Part shown: positions 1-9,581 of the stretch, piece after piece
Numbering within the stretch: position 1 is the stretch's first letter
Layout of the letters: every line of letters starts with the position of its first letter
Assembly (NCBI GenBank): GCA_946186215.1
Contig: CAMHMM010000001.1
Span: 1-40,597 of the forward strand
Direction of reading: 5' to 3'
Source: an uncultured Ruminococcus sp.
Lineage (GTDB): Bacteria; Bacillota; Clostridia; Oscillospirales; Ruminococcaceae
DNA: 40,597 nt
Position numbers and translations under genes: made by a program
The notes under the pieces: model-generated
Database searches by the model: none
What the model was told of the DNA's origin: nothing
Seen by the model: only the letters and a program-made list of their open reading frames with translations

Positions 1-1
1 C

Positions 2-1333
2 ATGTACCCCGAATCCGCTCCCGATAAGTCCGAGATATGGACATCGAGCCGCAAGGATGTGGCAACGGTCAGCGATATGGGACTCATCACCGCTGTATCA
101 TCGGGCTGCACCACGATCAAGGTCGCATCAGCCGCCAACCCGAATGTAATGGCCAGCGTAAGCGTGCGCGTGTATGATCCCGACGAGGATTATGACGATG
201 ATCTGGTTCATGAGATCCATCTTACCGATTATAATTTCGACCTGGATGTGGGCGACACGGAAATGCCCTATGTTTCCATGTATCCCGACTGGGCGGATGA
301 TTTCAGCGAGAAGTGGAGCTCCTCCGACACGAATGTAGCAAAGGTCGATTCCAAGGGAAATATCACAGGCGTGGCTCCCGGATATGCCATCGTAACGGTC
401 GCATCCGCAGCTAATCCCGATGTTTTCGCAAGTGTCAGCGTCCATGTAAAGGGCGAGATCTTCATGGGCGGTGCCCGTCCTCAGACATCCTCCGGCAATG
501 CCGATGATGTGGATGACAGGGATTTCATCAGCGTGAATGACGATGATGAGCCCGGTGCAGTAAAGCAGATAAACCTCACCTTCTACACAGCTAATCTCGA
601 TATCGGCGATTCGGTAATGCCCATCGTAAGCATGTACCCCGATGATGCGGACGATGTAAGCGAGATCTGGTCCTCCTCCGATGACAATGTTGCCACCGTT
701 GATGACAGGGGCGAGATCACCGCAGTAGGCGTAGGCGACTGCATCATCACGGTAAAGAGCGCATCCAACCCCGATGTTGAGGCAAATGTATCCGTAAGGG
801 TAAATTCAGGCACTACCGAGCCCACATATGTTGAAGGCGTTCTCGTGGTAAACAAGAGCTATGCGCTCCCCGCAAGCTACAATCCCGGCGTTGATCCCGA
901 TGCACAGGCTGCCTTTGATGAAATGGCTGCAGCTGCACAGGCAGACAATGCTACTCTCTTCGTGGTATCGGGCTTCCGCTCCTATGACTACCAGTCGCAG
1001 CTCTATGAGAGCTATGTTGCTGAGTACGGTCAGGAGGCATCCGACAGGTTCTCCGCACGCCCGGGACACTCCGAGCATCAGACAGGTCTTGCGTTCGATA
1101 TAAACACCATCGACGATTCCTTCGCAGACACCAAGGAATACGAGTGGCTCAAGGCACACTGCCATGAATACGGCTTCATCATCCGCTATCCCGAGGGCAA
1201 GGAGTCCATTACCGGCTACAAGTTCGAGCCGTGGCATGTACGCTATCTGGGCAAGGAGCTTGCAAAGGATGTACATGATTCAGGTCTCACTCTTGAAGAA
1301 TATCTGGGCCTAGATTCAAAATACAATGACTAA
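2..1333 (+). CDS. Ig-like (Big_2) repeat protein with C-terminal M15B/VanY-type D-Ala-D-Ala carboxypeptidase; 5'-truncated by window edge
   Basis: Three repeats of the W-S-S-S-D-xx-VA-x-V-xxx-G-x-ITAV-xx-G type; C-terminal SEHQTGLAFD (SxHxxGxAxD) and EPWH (ExxH) zinc motifs. Confidence 0.88.
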   Translation: MYPESAPDKSEIWTSSRKDVATVSDMGLITAVSSGCTTIKVASAANPNVMASVSVRVYDPDEDYDDDLVHEIHLTDYNFDLDVGDTEMPYVSMYPDWADDFSEKWSSSDTNVAKVDSKGNITGVAPGYAIVTVASAANPDVFASVSVHVKGEIFMGGARPQTSSGNADDVDDRDFISVNDDDEPGAVKQINLTFYTANLDIGDSVMPIVSMYPDDADDVSEIWSSSDDNVATVDDRGEITAVGVGDCIITVKSASNPDVEANVSVRVNSGTTEPTYVEGVLVVNKSYALPASYNPGVDPDAQAAFDEMAAAAQADNATLFVVSGFRSYDYQSQLYESYVAEYGQEASDRFSARPGHSEHQTGLAFDINTIDDSFADTKEYEWLKAHCHEYGFIIRYPEGKESITGYKFEPWHVRYLGKELAKDVHDSGLTLEEYLGLDSKYND

Positions 1334-1430
1334 GCGGGCGGGCAGAGCCCGCACCCACCCGGGCGGCAAGGACGACAGCTAACCGTACTTTCATTTGTGA
1401 GTAACTCTAACTTGCGGCTCGGAACTCTGA
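1334..1430. repeat. REP-like array, family 1 (hairpin units plus linker), directly after the carboxypeptidase stop
   Basis: GCGGGC-AGA-GCCCGC-ACCC hairpin, partial CGGCAAGGACGACAGCTA unit and linker CTTTCATTTGTGAGTAAC...GCTCGGAACT, matching other intergenic copies. Confidence 0.85.
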
Positions 1431-1467
1431 TCTCTGCTTTGGACAGCAGGCAAAACCATACACAAAA

Positions 1468-1515
1468 GCCTCCCTCTGGGAGGGAGATGCCGAGCGCAGT
1501 GAGGCGGAGGGGTTC
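1468..1515. repeat. Palindromic repeat family 2, copy 1
   Basis: GCCTCCCTCTGGGAGGGAGATGCCGAGCGCAGTGAGGCGGAGGGGTTC; related copies at 12399-12441, 21503-21557 (rc), 33131-33180 (rc), partial 37963-37988. Confidence 0.8.
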
Positions 1516-1630
1516 GTCACGGACAAGGCAGGCTGTTTTGGGTAAGTTACCTCAGTTAGCAATATAAAAATATATAACACACAAATCCTTTGGCATACAC
1601 CACACATCAAAACGATCGGAGGCAGCAGCA

Positions 1631-2071
1631 ATGATATATATAGGCAGCGACCATGCGGGCTATGAGCTCAAAAACGAGGTGATAAAGCATCTTGAGGAGC
1701 TCGGTCTCGAGTACCGCAATTTTGGTTCGGTTAACGGCGAATCCGTTGATTATCCCGATGTTGCGGAGGAAGTCTGCACAGCCCTTCTTGCAGGAAATGA
1801 AGGCGACAAGGCTATCCTCGTCTGCGGCACGGGCATCGGCATCTCCATCGCCGCAAACAAGATAAAGGGTATCCGTGCGGCTCTGTGTACCGACTGCTAC
1901 ACAGCAAAATACACCCGCTACCACAACAACGCAAACACTCTTTGCATGGGCGGAAGAGTTATCGGCGCAGGTCTTGCCTGCGAGATAGTTGATGCATTCC
2001 TCGGAGCAAAGTTCGAGGGCGGCAGGCATCAGCGCAGAGTTGACAAGATCACAGCACTTGAAAATAGGTGA
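1631..2071 (+). CDS. rpiB: Ribose-5-phosphate isomerase B
   Basis: GSDHAG, VDYPD, CGTGIG, HNNAN, GGRHQRR motifs; rpiB-upp order typical of Clostridia. Confidence 0.96.
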   Translation: MIYIGSDHAGYELKNEVIKHLEELGLEYRNFGSVNGESVDYPDVAEEVCTALLAGNEGDKAILVCGTGIGISIAANKIKGIRAALCTDCYTAKYTRYHNNANTLCMGGRVIGAGLACEIVDAFLGAKFEGGRHQRRVDKITALENR

Positions 2072-2075
2072 TAAT

Positions 2076-2702
2076 ATGAATGTAACGATTATAGACCATC
2101 CCCTGGTGCAGCATAAGCTCACCCTTCTCAGGGATTCAAACACAGGCTCAAAGGAATTCCGCGAGCTCGTAAGCGAGACTTCCATGCTGATGTGCTATGA
2201 AGCTATGAGAGATCTCCCCACCAAGACAATTGAGGTACACACACCGCTCGGCATCGCCAATTCAAAGGTGATATCCGGCAAGAAGCTGGTATTTGTGCCT
2301 ATCCTGCGCTCAGGTCTGGGTATGACCAACGGCGTTATGGGGCTTATCCCCGCTGCCAAGATCGGCCATATCGGCACCTTCCGCGATCCCGAAACATCGG
2401 GCGCAGTAGAGTATTACTGCAAGCTCCCCGCAGATACCGGAGTGCGCACGGCGATCATCGCCGATGTTATGATGGCAACAGGCTTTACCGCCTGCGAAGC
2501 TATCAGACTCGTTAAGGAAACAGGCTGCAAGGAGATCAAGTTCATGTGCCTTATCGCCCACCCGAGAGGGATAGAGCTTGTAAACAAGACACATCCCGAT
2601 GTGCAGATCTACTGTGCGGCAGTAGATACCGAGCTCAGCGATGATCTTTTCATCGTTCCCGGTCTCGGCGATGCGGGAAACAGGATGTTCGGGACAAAAT
2701 GA
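2076..2702 (+). CDS. upp: Uracil phosphoribosyltransferase (divergent motifs)
   Basis: Starts [15 protein letters not shown] after AGGTGA; [17 protein letters not shown]-terminal FGTK. Start moved from 1989 to 2076. Confidence 0.9.
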   Translation: MNVTIIDHPLVQHKLTLLRDSNTGSKEFRELVSETSMLMCYEAMRDLPTKTIEVHTPLGIANSKVISGKKLVFVPILRSGLGMTNGVMGLIPAAKIGHIGTFRDPETSGAVEYYCKLPADTGVRTAIIADVMMATGFTACEAIRLVKETGCKEIKFMCLIAHPRGIELVNKTHPDVQIYCAAVDTELSDDLFIVPGLGDAGNRMFGTK

Positions 2703-2766
2703 TCATACATCTTGTCTTACCGGCGATCAGGCAAAGAAAGTATAAGGTTTAAGGAGTTTTACACCA

Positions 2767-4605
2767 ATGTGCGGAATAGTAGGATTTACAGGAATACAGC
2801 AGGCTGCGCCCATTCTTCTCGAGGGGCTTTCAAGGCTCGAATACAGAGGATATGACTCCGCAGGCATAGCTGTAAGAGACGGGGAAAGCGATGTAAAGAC
2901 CGTCAAGGCAAAAGGCCGCCTCAAGGAGCTTGCTGAAAAGACTGATTTCGGCAAGGCTGTAAAGGGCACCTGCGGCATAGGCCACACTCGCTGGGCTACC
3001 CACGGCGAGCCCTCCGAGCTCAATGCTCACCCCCATTCCTCGGATGACGGCGCTGTAACAGGCGTTCACAACGGTATCATCGAAAACTACAAGGAGCTCA
3101 AGGAAAAGCTCATCAAAAAGGGCTACTCCTTCAGGAGCGCTACAGATACCGAGGTTGCCATAAAGCTTGTGGACTACTACTACAAGAAGACCGGCAGCGA
3201 TCCTGTGGATGCCATTCACAAGACCATGCTCCATGTGCGCGGCTCCTATGCGCTGTGCATCATGTTCAAGGACCGCCCCGGCGAGATCTGGACAGCCCGC
3301 AAGGACAGCCCCATGATAATCGGTCTGACGGAAAATGACACATATGTTGCATCCGATGTTCCCGCTATCCTTAAATACACAAGAACAGTATACTATATAG
3401 ACAATCTCGAATTTGCCTGCCTCACTCCCGGCAAGGCTACCTTCTACAATATCGACAGCGAGGAGATAGAAAAGCAGCCCGTCACCATCGAGTGGGATAC
3501 CGAGGCTGCGGAAAAGGGCGGCTACGAGCATTTCATGCTCAAGGAGATACACGAGCAGCCCAAGGCTGTAAGGGATACTCTTGCGTCCCTCGTGAAGGAC
3601 GGCAGGATCGATCTTTCTCAGGCAGGCCTTTCCGAGGACGAGATAAAGAATATCTCTCAGATATACATAGTAGCCTGCGGCTCCGCATGGCATGTGGGAA
3701 TGTGCGCTCAGTATGTGTTTGAGGATCTGGCACGCATCCCCGTAAGAGTGGAGCTTGCATCGGAATTCCGTTACAGGAACCCCATCCTTGACAAAAACGG
3801 TCTGGTAATAATCGTTTCCCAGTCCGGCGAGACCGCAGACAGCCTTGCAGCGCTGCGCGAATCAAAGGCTCAGGGGATAAAGACACTGGGTATAGTCAAT
3901 GTCGTAGGCTCATCCATCGCAAGAGAAGCAGACAGCGTTATCTACACCCTTGCAGGCCCCGAGATCGCAGTTGCCACCACCAAGGCATACAGCGCACAGC
4001 TCGTGGTTTCCTACGCTATCGCTGTGGAATTCGCAAAGGTGCGCGGCGAGATAGACGAGGAGAAGTATTCCGCACTTATCGCAGATCTTGACACTATCCC
4101 CGAAAAGATCGAGAAGATACTCTCCGACAAGGAGCGCATCCAGTGGTTTGCAAACAAGTTCGCAGGCGCTAAGGATATATTCTTCATCGGCCGCGGCATC
4201 GACTATGCTATATGCCTTGAAGGAAGCCTTAAAATGAAGGAGATATCCTACATCCATTCCGAGGCATATGCAGCAGGCGAGCTCAAGCACGGCACCATCA
4301 GCCTTATCGAGGACGGCATCCTCGTTATCGGCGTGCTCACACAGCAGGAGCTTTATGAAAAGACAGTCAGCAACCTTGTGGAGGTAAAGGCAAGAGGCGC
4401 ATACCTGATGGGGCTGACAAGCTACGGCCACTACGAGATAGAGGACACGGTGGATTTCACCATCTATGTTCCCAAGATAGACGAACATTTTGCCGCAAGC
4501 CTTGCGGTGATCCCCCTGCAGCTCATGGGCTACTATGTTTCCGTGGGCAGAGGTCTCGATGTGGATAAGCCCAGAAATCTTGCAAAGTCGGTGACAGTCG
4601 AATAA
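2767..4605 (+). CDS. glmS: Glutamine--fructose-6-phosphate transaminase
   Basis: MCGIVG, LEYRGYDSAG, GHTRWATHG, SQSGETADS, C-terminal PRNLAKSVTVE. Confidence 0.99.
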   Translation: MCGIVGFTGIQQAAPILLEGLSRLEYRGYDSAGIAVRDGESDVKTVKAKGRLKELAEKTDFGKAVKGTCGIGHTRWATHGEPSELNAHPHSSDDGAVTGVHNGIIENYKELKEKLIKKGYSFRSATDTEVAIKLVDYYYKKTGSDPVDAIHKTMLHVRGSYALCIMFKDRPGEIWTARKDSPMIIGLTENDTYVASDVPAILKYTRTVYYIDNLEFACLTPGKATFYNIDSEEIEKQPVTIEWDTEAAEKGGYEHFMLKEIHEQPKAVRDTLASLVKDGRIDLSQAGLSEDEIKNISQIYIVACGSAWHVGMCAQYVFEDLARIPVRVELASEFRYRNPILDKNGLVIIVSQSGETADSLAALRESKAQGIKTLGIVNVVGSSIAREADSVIYTLAGPEIAVATTKAYSAQLVVSYAIAVEFAKVRGEIDEEKYSALIADLDTIPEKIEKILSDKERIQWFANKFAGAKDIFFIGRGIDYAICLEGSLKMKEISYIHSEAYAAGELKHGTISLIEDGILVIGVLTQQELYEKTVSNLVEVKARGAYLMGLTSYGHYEIEDTVDFTIYVPKIDEHFAASLAVIPLQLMGYYVSVGRGLDVDKPRNLAKSVTVE

Positions 4606-5576
4606 TGGATCTGATCACTTTGATAGTCCCCTGCTACAACGAGCAGGAATCCCTGCCACTTTTCCGCGATGAGGTGATGAAGGTCACCTCATCCATGACG
4701 GAGGAATACAAGAATCGGGAGGACGGCGGCGTTTCATTTGAGTTTCTGTTTATAAACGACGGCTCGAAGGATGACACACTTTCTCTTCTGCGCAAGCTTT
4801 CCGAAGAGGACGAGCGTGTGCGCTACCTTTCCTTTTCCCGCAATTTCGGCAAGGAAGCCGCGATGATCGCGGGGCTCGAGCATTCAAAAGGGGACTATTG
4901 CGTTATCCTTGATGCCGATCTTCAGCACCCGCCCTCGCTGATACCGGAAATGTACCGCTATGTAAAATACGAGGGCTACGACTGCGCCGCCACAAGGCGC
5001 GTGAGCAGAAAGGGCGAACCTGCACTGCTCTCATTCTTTTCCCGCTCCTTCTACAAGGTTATAAATTCCATTTCCGATACATACATCATCGACGGAGCGC
5101 AGGATTTCCGCTTCATGACACGGCAGATGGTGGACAGCATAATCTCCATGCCCGAATATCACCGCTTCTCAAAGGGTATATTCAGCTGGGTGGGTTATGA
5201 AACGAAATTCATCCCCATCGAAAATGTGGAACGCGCAGCGGGCAGATCCACATGGAATTTCCAGTCCCTTTTCAGATATTCCCTTGAAGGGATATTCGCA
5301 TTTTCCACGATGCCCCTCACTCTTGCTTCGCATCTGGGGATAATATTCTGCATCTTCGCCCTTATCATGATAATCGTCACAGTGGTCAAAAAGCTGGTGT
5401 TCGGCGAGGATGTTTCGGGCTACCCCACGATAATATGCCTTGTTTCCCTGCTCGGGGGAACACAGCTTTTCAGCATGGGCATCATGGGCAATTATCTTGC
5501 AAAAATGTATATCGAGACCAAGGGACGGCCGAAATACATAGTCAAGGAAGACGAGAACTCGCACAGGGACAGATAA
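4605..5576 (+). CDS. GT2 polyprenyl-phosphate glycosyltransferase (GtrB/YkcC-like)
   Basis: VPCYNE, NDGSKD, FSRNFGKEAA, DADLQHPP, two C-terminal TM segments, RPKYIV; TAATG overlap with glmS. Confidence 0.92.
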   Translation: MDLITLIVPCYNEQESLPLFRDEVMKVTSSMTEEYKNREDGGVSFEFLFINDGSKDDTLSLLRKLSEEDERVRYLSFSRNFGKEAAMIAGLEHSKGDYCVILDADLQHPPSLIPEMYRYVKYEGYDCAATRRVSRKGEPALLSFFSRSFYKVINSISDTYIIDGAQDFRFMTRQMVDSIISMPEYHRFSKGIFSWVGYETKFIPIENVERAAGRSTWNFQSLFRYSLEGIFAFSTMPLTLASHLGIIFCIFALIMIIVTVVKKLVFGEDVSGYPTIICLVSLLGGTQLFSMGIMGNYLAKMYIETKGRPKYIVKEDENSHRDR

Positions 5577-5585
5577 GGATCAACA

Positions 5586-6482
5586 ATGGAACAGGTATCT
5601 ATTCAATGGTTTCCCGGTCATATGACCAAAACAAAGCGCCAGATGCAGAAATTTCTGCCTATGGTGGACGGCGTGATCGAGCTGCTTGACGCGAGAGTGC
5701 CGATATCCAGCAGAAACCCCGATATAGCGGAGCTTATCGGGAACAAGCCGGATATAATCCTGCTCAATAAATCATCCCTTGCAGATGCTCAGCTCACCGA
5801 TAAATGGACAAGCGAACTGAGAAAAACATCACAGGCCGTGCTGCCTGTGGACTGCCGCACGGGAAAGGGACTCGACAAGGTGGAGCCCACCATAAGGGAA
5901 GTCCTCTCCCCGCTTATTGAGCGAAACAACGCAAGAGGCATGGGCGGCAGGATGCTCCATCTTATGGTGGTGGGCATACCCAATGTGGGCAAATCCTCAT
6001 TTATCAATAAAATGGCAGGCCAGCGAAAGGCAAAGGTCGAGGACAGACCGGGCGTTACCCGCGACAAGCAGTGGGTGCAGATAAGCGACAGCATCGAATT
6101 TCTCGACACTCCGGGCGTACTCTGGCCGAAATTCGAGGATATGAGCGTGGGCGAAAAGCTGGCATTCACAGGTGCCGTCAAGGACGATGTTGTAGATACC
6201 GAGCTGCTGGCATCAAGGCTGCTTCTGTGCCTGAGAGATATCGCCCCCGACAATATTTCCGAGCATTACGGCATAGACCTTGCCACCCCCGAAGAGGATG
6301 AGGCAATGGAGCAGGGAATGACTCTGGGCTGTGCATCGGGATATGAGCTTCTCTGCCGCGTGGGAAAAAAGCGCGGTATGCTCATAAAGGGCGGCGAGAT
6401 CAACACCGAACGCGCAGCGATATGCGTGCTCGATGAATTCCGCGGCGGCAAGTTGGGCAGGATAACTCTCGACAGGATATGA
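5586..6482 (+). CDS. rbgA: Ribosome biogenesis GTPase RbgA/YlqF
   Basis: IQWFPGHM, DARVPISS, LNKS, GIPNVGKSS, PGVTR, DTPG in circularly permuted order. Confidence 0.97.
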   Translation: MEQVSIQWFPGHMTKTKRQMQKFLPMVDGVIELLDARVPISSRNPDIAELIGNKPDIILLNKSSLADAQLTDKWTSELRKTSQAVLPVDCRTGKGLDKVEPTIREVLSPLIERNNARGMGGRMLHLMVVGIPNVGKSSFINKMAGQRKAKVEDRPGVTRDKQWVQISDSIEFLDTPGVLWPKFEDMSVGEKLAFTGAVKDDVVDTELLASRLLLCLRDIAPDNISEHYGIDLATPEEDEAMEQGMTLGCASGYELLCRVGKKRGMLIKGGEINTERAAICVLDEFRGGKLGRITLDRI

Positions 6483-6498
6483 TGTTCCATGTGGAACA
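6483..6498. promoter_or_regulatory. parS site 1
   Basis: TGTTCCATGTGGAACA, close to the chromosomal parS consensus TGTTNCACGTGAAACA; near oriC; immediately after the rbgA stop. Confidence 0.88.
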
Positions 6499-6548
6499 TC
6501 GGGACAAAGCCTATACGGTGACAATTATTAAACGAAAGGATGACGATC

Positions 6549-7073
6549 ATGAATGACATTATCAAGGCAATGAAGGAACGCAGAAGCATCCGCAAATTCA
6601 AGCCGGATATGCCGTCGGCTGCCGATATTGATCAGATAATCGAAGCAGGTCTTTATGCTCCGAGCGGCATGGGAAAGCAGGCCGCAGTCATCCTTGCGAT
6701 AACCGATAAAACAGTACGCGACAGACTTTCCGATGCAAACAGAAGGATCGGCGGCTGGCAGGAGGGCTTTGATCCCTTCTACGGCGCTCCGGTTATCCTC
6801 GTGGTCCTTGCAGACAAGGAGTGCCGCACAAGCATCTATGACGGGGCGCTGGTAATGCAGAACCTTATGCTTGCCGCACATTCTCTCGGTCTCGGAAGCA
6901 TATGGATACACCGCGCAAAGGAAGAATTCGAGCAGGAAGAATGGAAGAGCTTTCTCAGATCTCACGGGATAGACGGCGACTTTGAGGGTGTCGGCCACTG
7001 CGCGATAGGCTTTGCAGACTGCGAACAGCCTCAGCCCACACCCCGTAAGGACGGCAGAGTTTTCAGGGTATGA
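6549..7073 (+). CDS. Nitroreductase family protein
   Basis: RRSIRKF, APSG, FYGAPV, QNLMLAAHSLGLGSIW; ATG 6549 is better spaced from GAAAGGA than 6540. Confidence 0.93.
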   Translation: MNDIIKAMKERRSIRKFKPDMPSAADIDQIIEAGLYAPSGMGKQAAVILAITDKTVRDRLSDANRRIGGWQEGFDPFYGAPVILVVLADKECRTSIYDGALVMQNLMLAAHSLGLGSIWIHRAKEEFEQEEWKSFLRSHGIDGDFEGVGHCAIGFADCEQPQPTPRKDGRVFRV

Positions 7074-7122
7074 TGATATCCGGCGATCCTCATTAAGTAA
7101 CTCATAAACAGCATAACAAAAC

Positions 7123-7776
7123 ATGAATGATCTTTATTTATTTGATAGTGAACTGAAAAAGCAATACTTTGCATCTGTAATATGCGGTCTCGATGAAGCA
7201 GGCCGCGGCCCCCTTGCGGGAGATGTGTATGCAGGGGCGGTAATCATCCCCGACGGCGTGGAGATAAACGGCCTTGACGACAGCAAGAAGCTTTCCGAAA
7301 AAAAGCGGGAAAAGCTCTTTCAGGAGATCACTGAAAAAGCTGTCTGGGCAATAGGTATCGCCACAGTTGAGGAGATAGAGAAAATAAATATCCTCAATGC
7401 CGCAATGCTTGCAATGAAGCGTGCAGCAGAGGGACTTGAAAAGCACCCGCTGTTTGTAAAACGGCCTGAATTCGCCGCAGTGGACGGCAACCGCCTGCCG
7501 CCGATAGATATACCCGCACAGGCTATCGTAAAGGGCGACCAGAAGAGTGCCTGCATCGCAGCGGCATCTATCTGCGCCAAGGTGAGCCGTGATCATTATA
7601 TGGAAGAAATGGCGGAAAAATACCCCGACTGGCAGTTTGAAAAGCACAAGGGCTACGGAACGAAGCTTCATTACCAGATGCTCGATAAATTCGGCGAGAG
7701 CCCGATACACAGACATTCCTTCCTGAAGAAATACTACGAAAGCAGAATGTTCCATGTGGAACATCAGGATACATGA
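7123..7776 (+). CDS. rnhB: Ribonuclease HII
   Basis: GLDEAGRGPLAG, DSKKL, VDGN, KGD, AASICAKVSRD, KGYGT, HRHSF. Confidence 0.97.
   Translation: MNDLYLFDSELKKQYFASVICGLDEAGRGPLAGDVYAGAVIIPDGVEINGLDDSKKLSEKKREKLFQEITEKAVWAIGIATVEEIEKINILNAAMLAMKRAAEGLEKHPLFVKRPEFAAVDGNRLPPIDIPAQAIVKGDQKSACIAAASICAKVSRDHYMEEMAEKYPDWQFEKHKGYGTKLHYQMLDKFGESPIHRHSFLKKYYESRMFHVEHQDT
7748..7763. promoter_or_regulatory. parS site 2 (within rnhB 3' end)
   Basis: TGTTCCATGTGGAACA, identical to site 1. Confidence 0.85.
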
Positions 7777-8126
7777 ACAAAAGCAATATCAGAGGCAGGC
7801 TCGGCGAGGATATCACTGCGATGTATCTGCAAAGGGCAGGCTTTGACATTCTTTGCAGGAATTACCGCACAAAAGGCGGCGAAACTGATATCATCGCGGC
7901 AAACGGTGAATTCATCGTCTTTGTTGAGGTAAAGACGCGGGATATCTCTGCATTCGAGCGGGGAGAATTCGCCGTTACAAAGCAAAAGCAGCAGCGGCTG
8001 ATCCGCTGCGCTGAAGCATATCTCAGAAGCAATCCGTGCGAGCTGCAGCCGCGCTTTGATGTGGCTGTGGTGACGATCAAAAACAACAGACTTTACAGAT
8101 TCGATTATTATGATAACTCTTTCTGA
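7773..8126 (+). CDS. YraN/UPF0102 family protein
   Basis: GRLGED, RNYR, GETDII, FVEVKTR, RFDV; follows rnhB with ATGA overlap. Confidence 0.92.
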   Translation: MNKSNIRGRLGEDITAMYLQRAGFDILCRNYRTKGGETDIIAANGEFIVFVEVKTRDISAFERGEFAVTKQKQQRLIRCAEAYLRSNPCELQPRFDVAVVTIKNNRLYRFDYYDNSF

Positions 8127-8802
8127 TACAGACATCCGCGTGCAGACCGATATGTCCGCACCACAGGACTTGCCATATCCACACGAAATACAGCCGCCTC
8201 TTTCGACGGCAAAGCGCGCCGTTGCCTCTGTACTGGGGCTCGGCCTGTGGGGTGTGCTGGCGGTATATGCTCTTTTCTTTGCCGATCTCGGCTACAGGTA
8301 CGACCACGAATATGTCATAACAGACGACAGGGAGACCATCGCCGCGGAATGTCCGCAGGCTGTATATACATCCGAGGAAATGGCTTTTATGGATCAGATA
8401 TATGATCTCCCCGAGATACAGGATAAACTATTCACCGAAGAGGCAGAGGAATTTGAAATGCTCGACGCTCTCGAGTATATGCCCGGTTACCCATGGGACT
8501 CCCCCTACATGGGCTCGTACTATATTTCCAACGAAGACGGTTCATATTATTCCATGGTCTCCGCCGATACTCTTCCCTCATATGAGGACGGAAACGGCCA
8601 CCGCCTGCAGATATATCTCAACGAGGAAAGAACCTCCTATGTCACATCATACGGAAATTCATCATTGAAAAAATACATCAAGACCACTATGGTCGAGGAT
8701 GAAAACGGAAGAGTCCTGTACCGTTATGAGGATACCGAGGACGGTATCAGAAAATACGGATCAAGACGCGGTCTTATCGGACTGCTGACAGGGGATCAAT
8801 AA
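8110..8802 (+). CDS. Hypothetical single-TM protein with acidic soluble domain (start uncertain, 8110 or 8152)
   Basis: 230-aa ORF filling an operon gap; hydrophobic AVASVLGLGLWGVLAVYALFF; no family recognised. Confidence 0.7.
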   Translation: MITLSDTDIRVQTDMSAPQDLPYPHEIQPPLSTAKRAVASVLGLGLWGVLAVYALFFADLGYRYDHEYVITDDRETIAAECPQAVYTSEEMAFMDQIYDLPEIQDKLFTEEAEEFEMLDALEYMPGYPWDSPYMGSYYISNEDGSYYSMVSADTLPSYEDGNGHRLQIYLNEERTSYVTSYGNSSLKKYIKTTMVEDENGRVLYRYEDTEDGIRKYGSRRGLIGLLTGDQ

Positions 8803-8825
8803 AAAAGATTAGGCACAGGTATTTT

Positions 8826-9581
8826 ATGGATAAACTTGATTACTTGATAGGATGCCTTTGCGACGAAAGGCATATAATCCCACCAAACACCGAAAATACA
8901 GACAAATTTGAAATATACCGCTCTCTTGTGAATATGAGGGAGCCCGGAGAAGCAAGCGAAAACTATCTTTCCACCGAGGATGCAGTACTGCGCGAACAGC
9001 TGCAGAAAAAGGGCATAGTTGATATCACCCAGCTTCCCCGCATCAATAAAAATATCATCCTGTGGAAGGGCGATATCACAACGCTCAAATGCGATGCCAT
9101 AGTGAATGCGGCAAACTCCGGACTGACGGGCTGCTATGTGCCCGGCCACAGTTGTATCGACAACTGCATCCACACCTTTGCAGGAACACGGCTCAGGCTG
9201 TGCTGCGACAGGCTGATGAAGATGCAGGGCTACCCCGAGCCTGCGGGAACAGCAAAGATCACCCCCGCGTTCAATCTCCCCTGCAAATATGTGATACACA
9301 CCGTTGGACCCCAGGTGCAGGACGCACCGACGGATATACAGCGCCGCGAGCTTGCGGGCTGCTACCGCTCCTGTCTGGAGATCGCCGAGGAAAGCGGCTG
9401 CAGGGATATCACCTTCTGCTGCATATCCACCGGAGTTTTCGGCTTCCCCAAATATGAAGCCGCACAGATCGCAGTGAATACGGTCGAAAAGTTTTTCCAG
9501 ACTCATCAGAATATCACCGTTGTATTCTGCGTATTCTCCGATGAAGATCTGAATATTTACAAGGAATTGCTGGCAAGATAA
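8826..9581 (+). CDS. Macrodomain protein-ADP-ribose hydrolase, zinc-loop type
   Basis: WKGDIT, IVNAAN, GCYVPGHSCIDNCIH, VIHTVGP, CCISTGVFGFP; N-terminal RSLVNMREP extension. Confidence 0.92.
   Translation: MDKLDYLIGCLCDERHIIPPNTENTDKFEIYRSLVNMREPGEASENYLSTEDAVLREQLQKKGIVDITQLPRINKNIILWKGDITTLKCDAIVNAANSGLTGCYVPGHSCIDNCIHTFAGTRLRLCCDRLMKMQGYPEPAGTAKITPAFNLPCKYVIHTVGPQVQDAPTDIQRRELAGCYRSCLEIAEESGCRDITFCCISTGVFGFPKYEAAQIAVNTVEKFFQTHQNITVVFCVFSDEDLNIYKELLAR

Noticed and set aside
830-1333. vanY as a vancomycin-resistance marker
   Set aside because: No other van genes; an Ig-repeat-fused M15B peptidase fits ordinary wall metabolism.
2703-2766. glmS ribozyme upstream of glmS
   Set aside because: Only 64 nt separate upp and glmS, and no ribozyme core was seen.
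2830-4488. Long antisense ORFs (also 22873-23811, 8796-9506, 38997-39770)
   Set aside because: Shadows of well-supported genes on the opposite strand, with no recognisable motifs.
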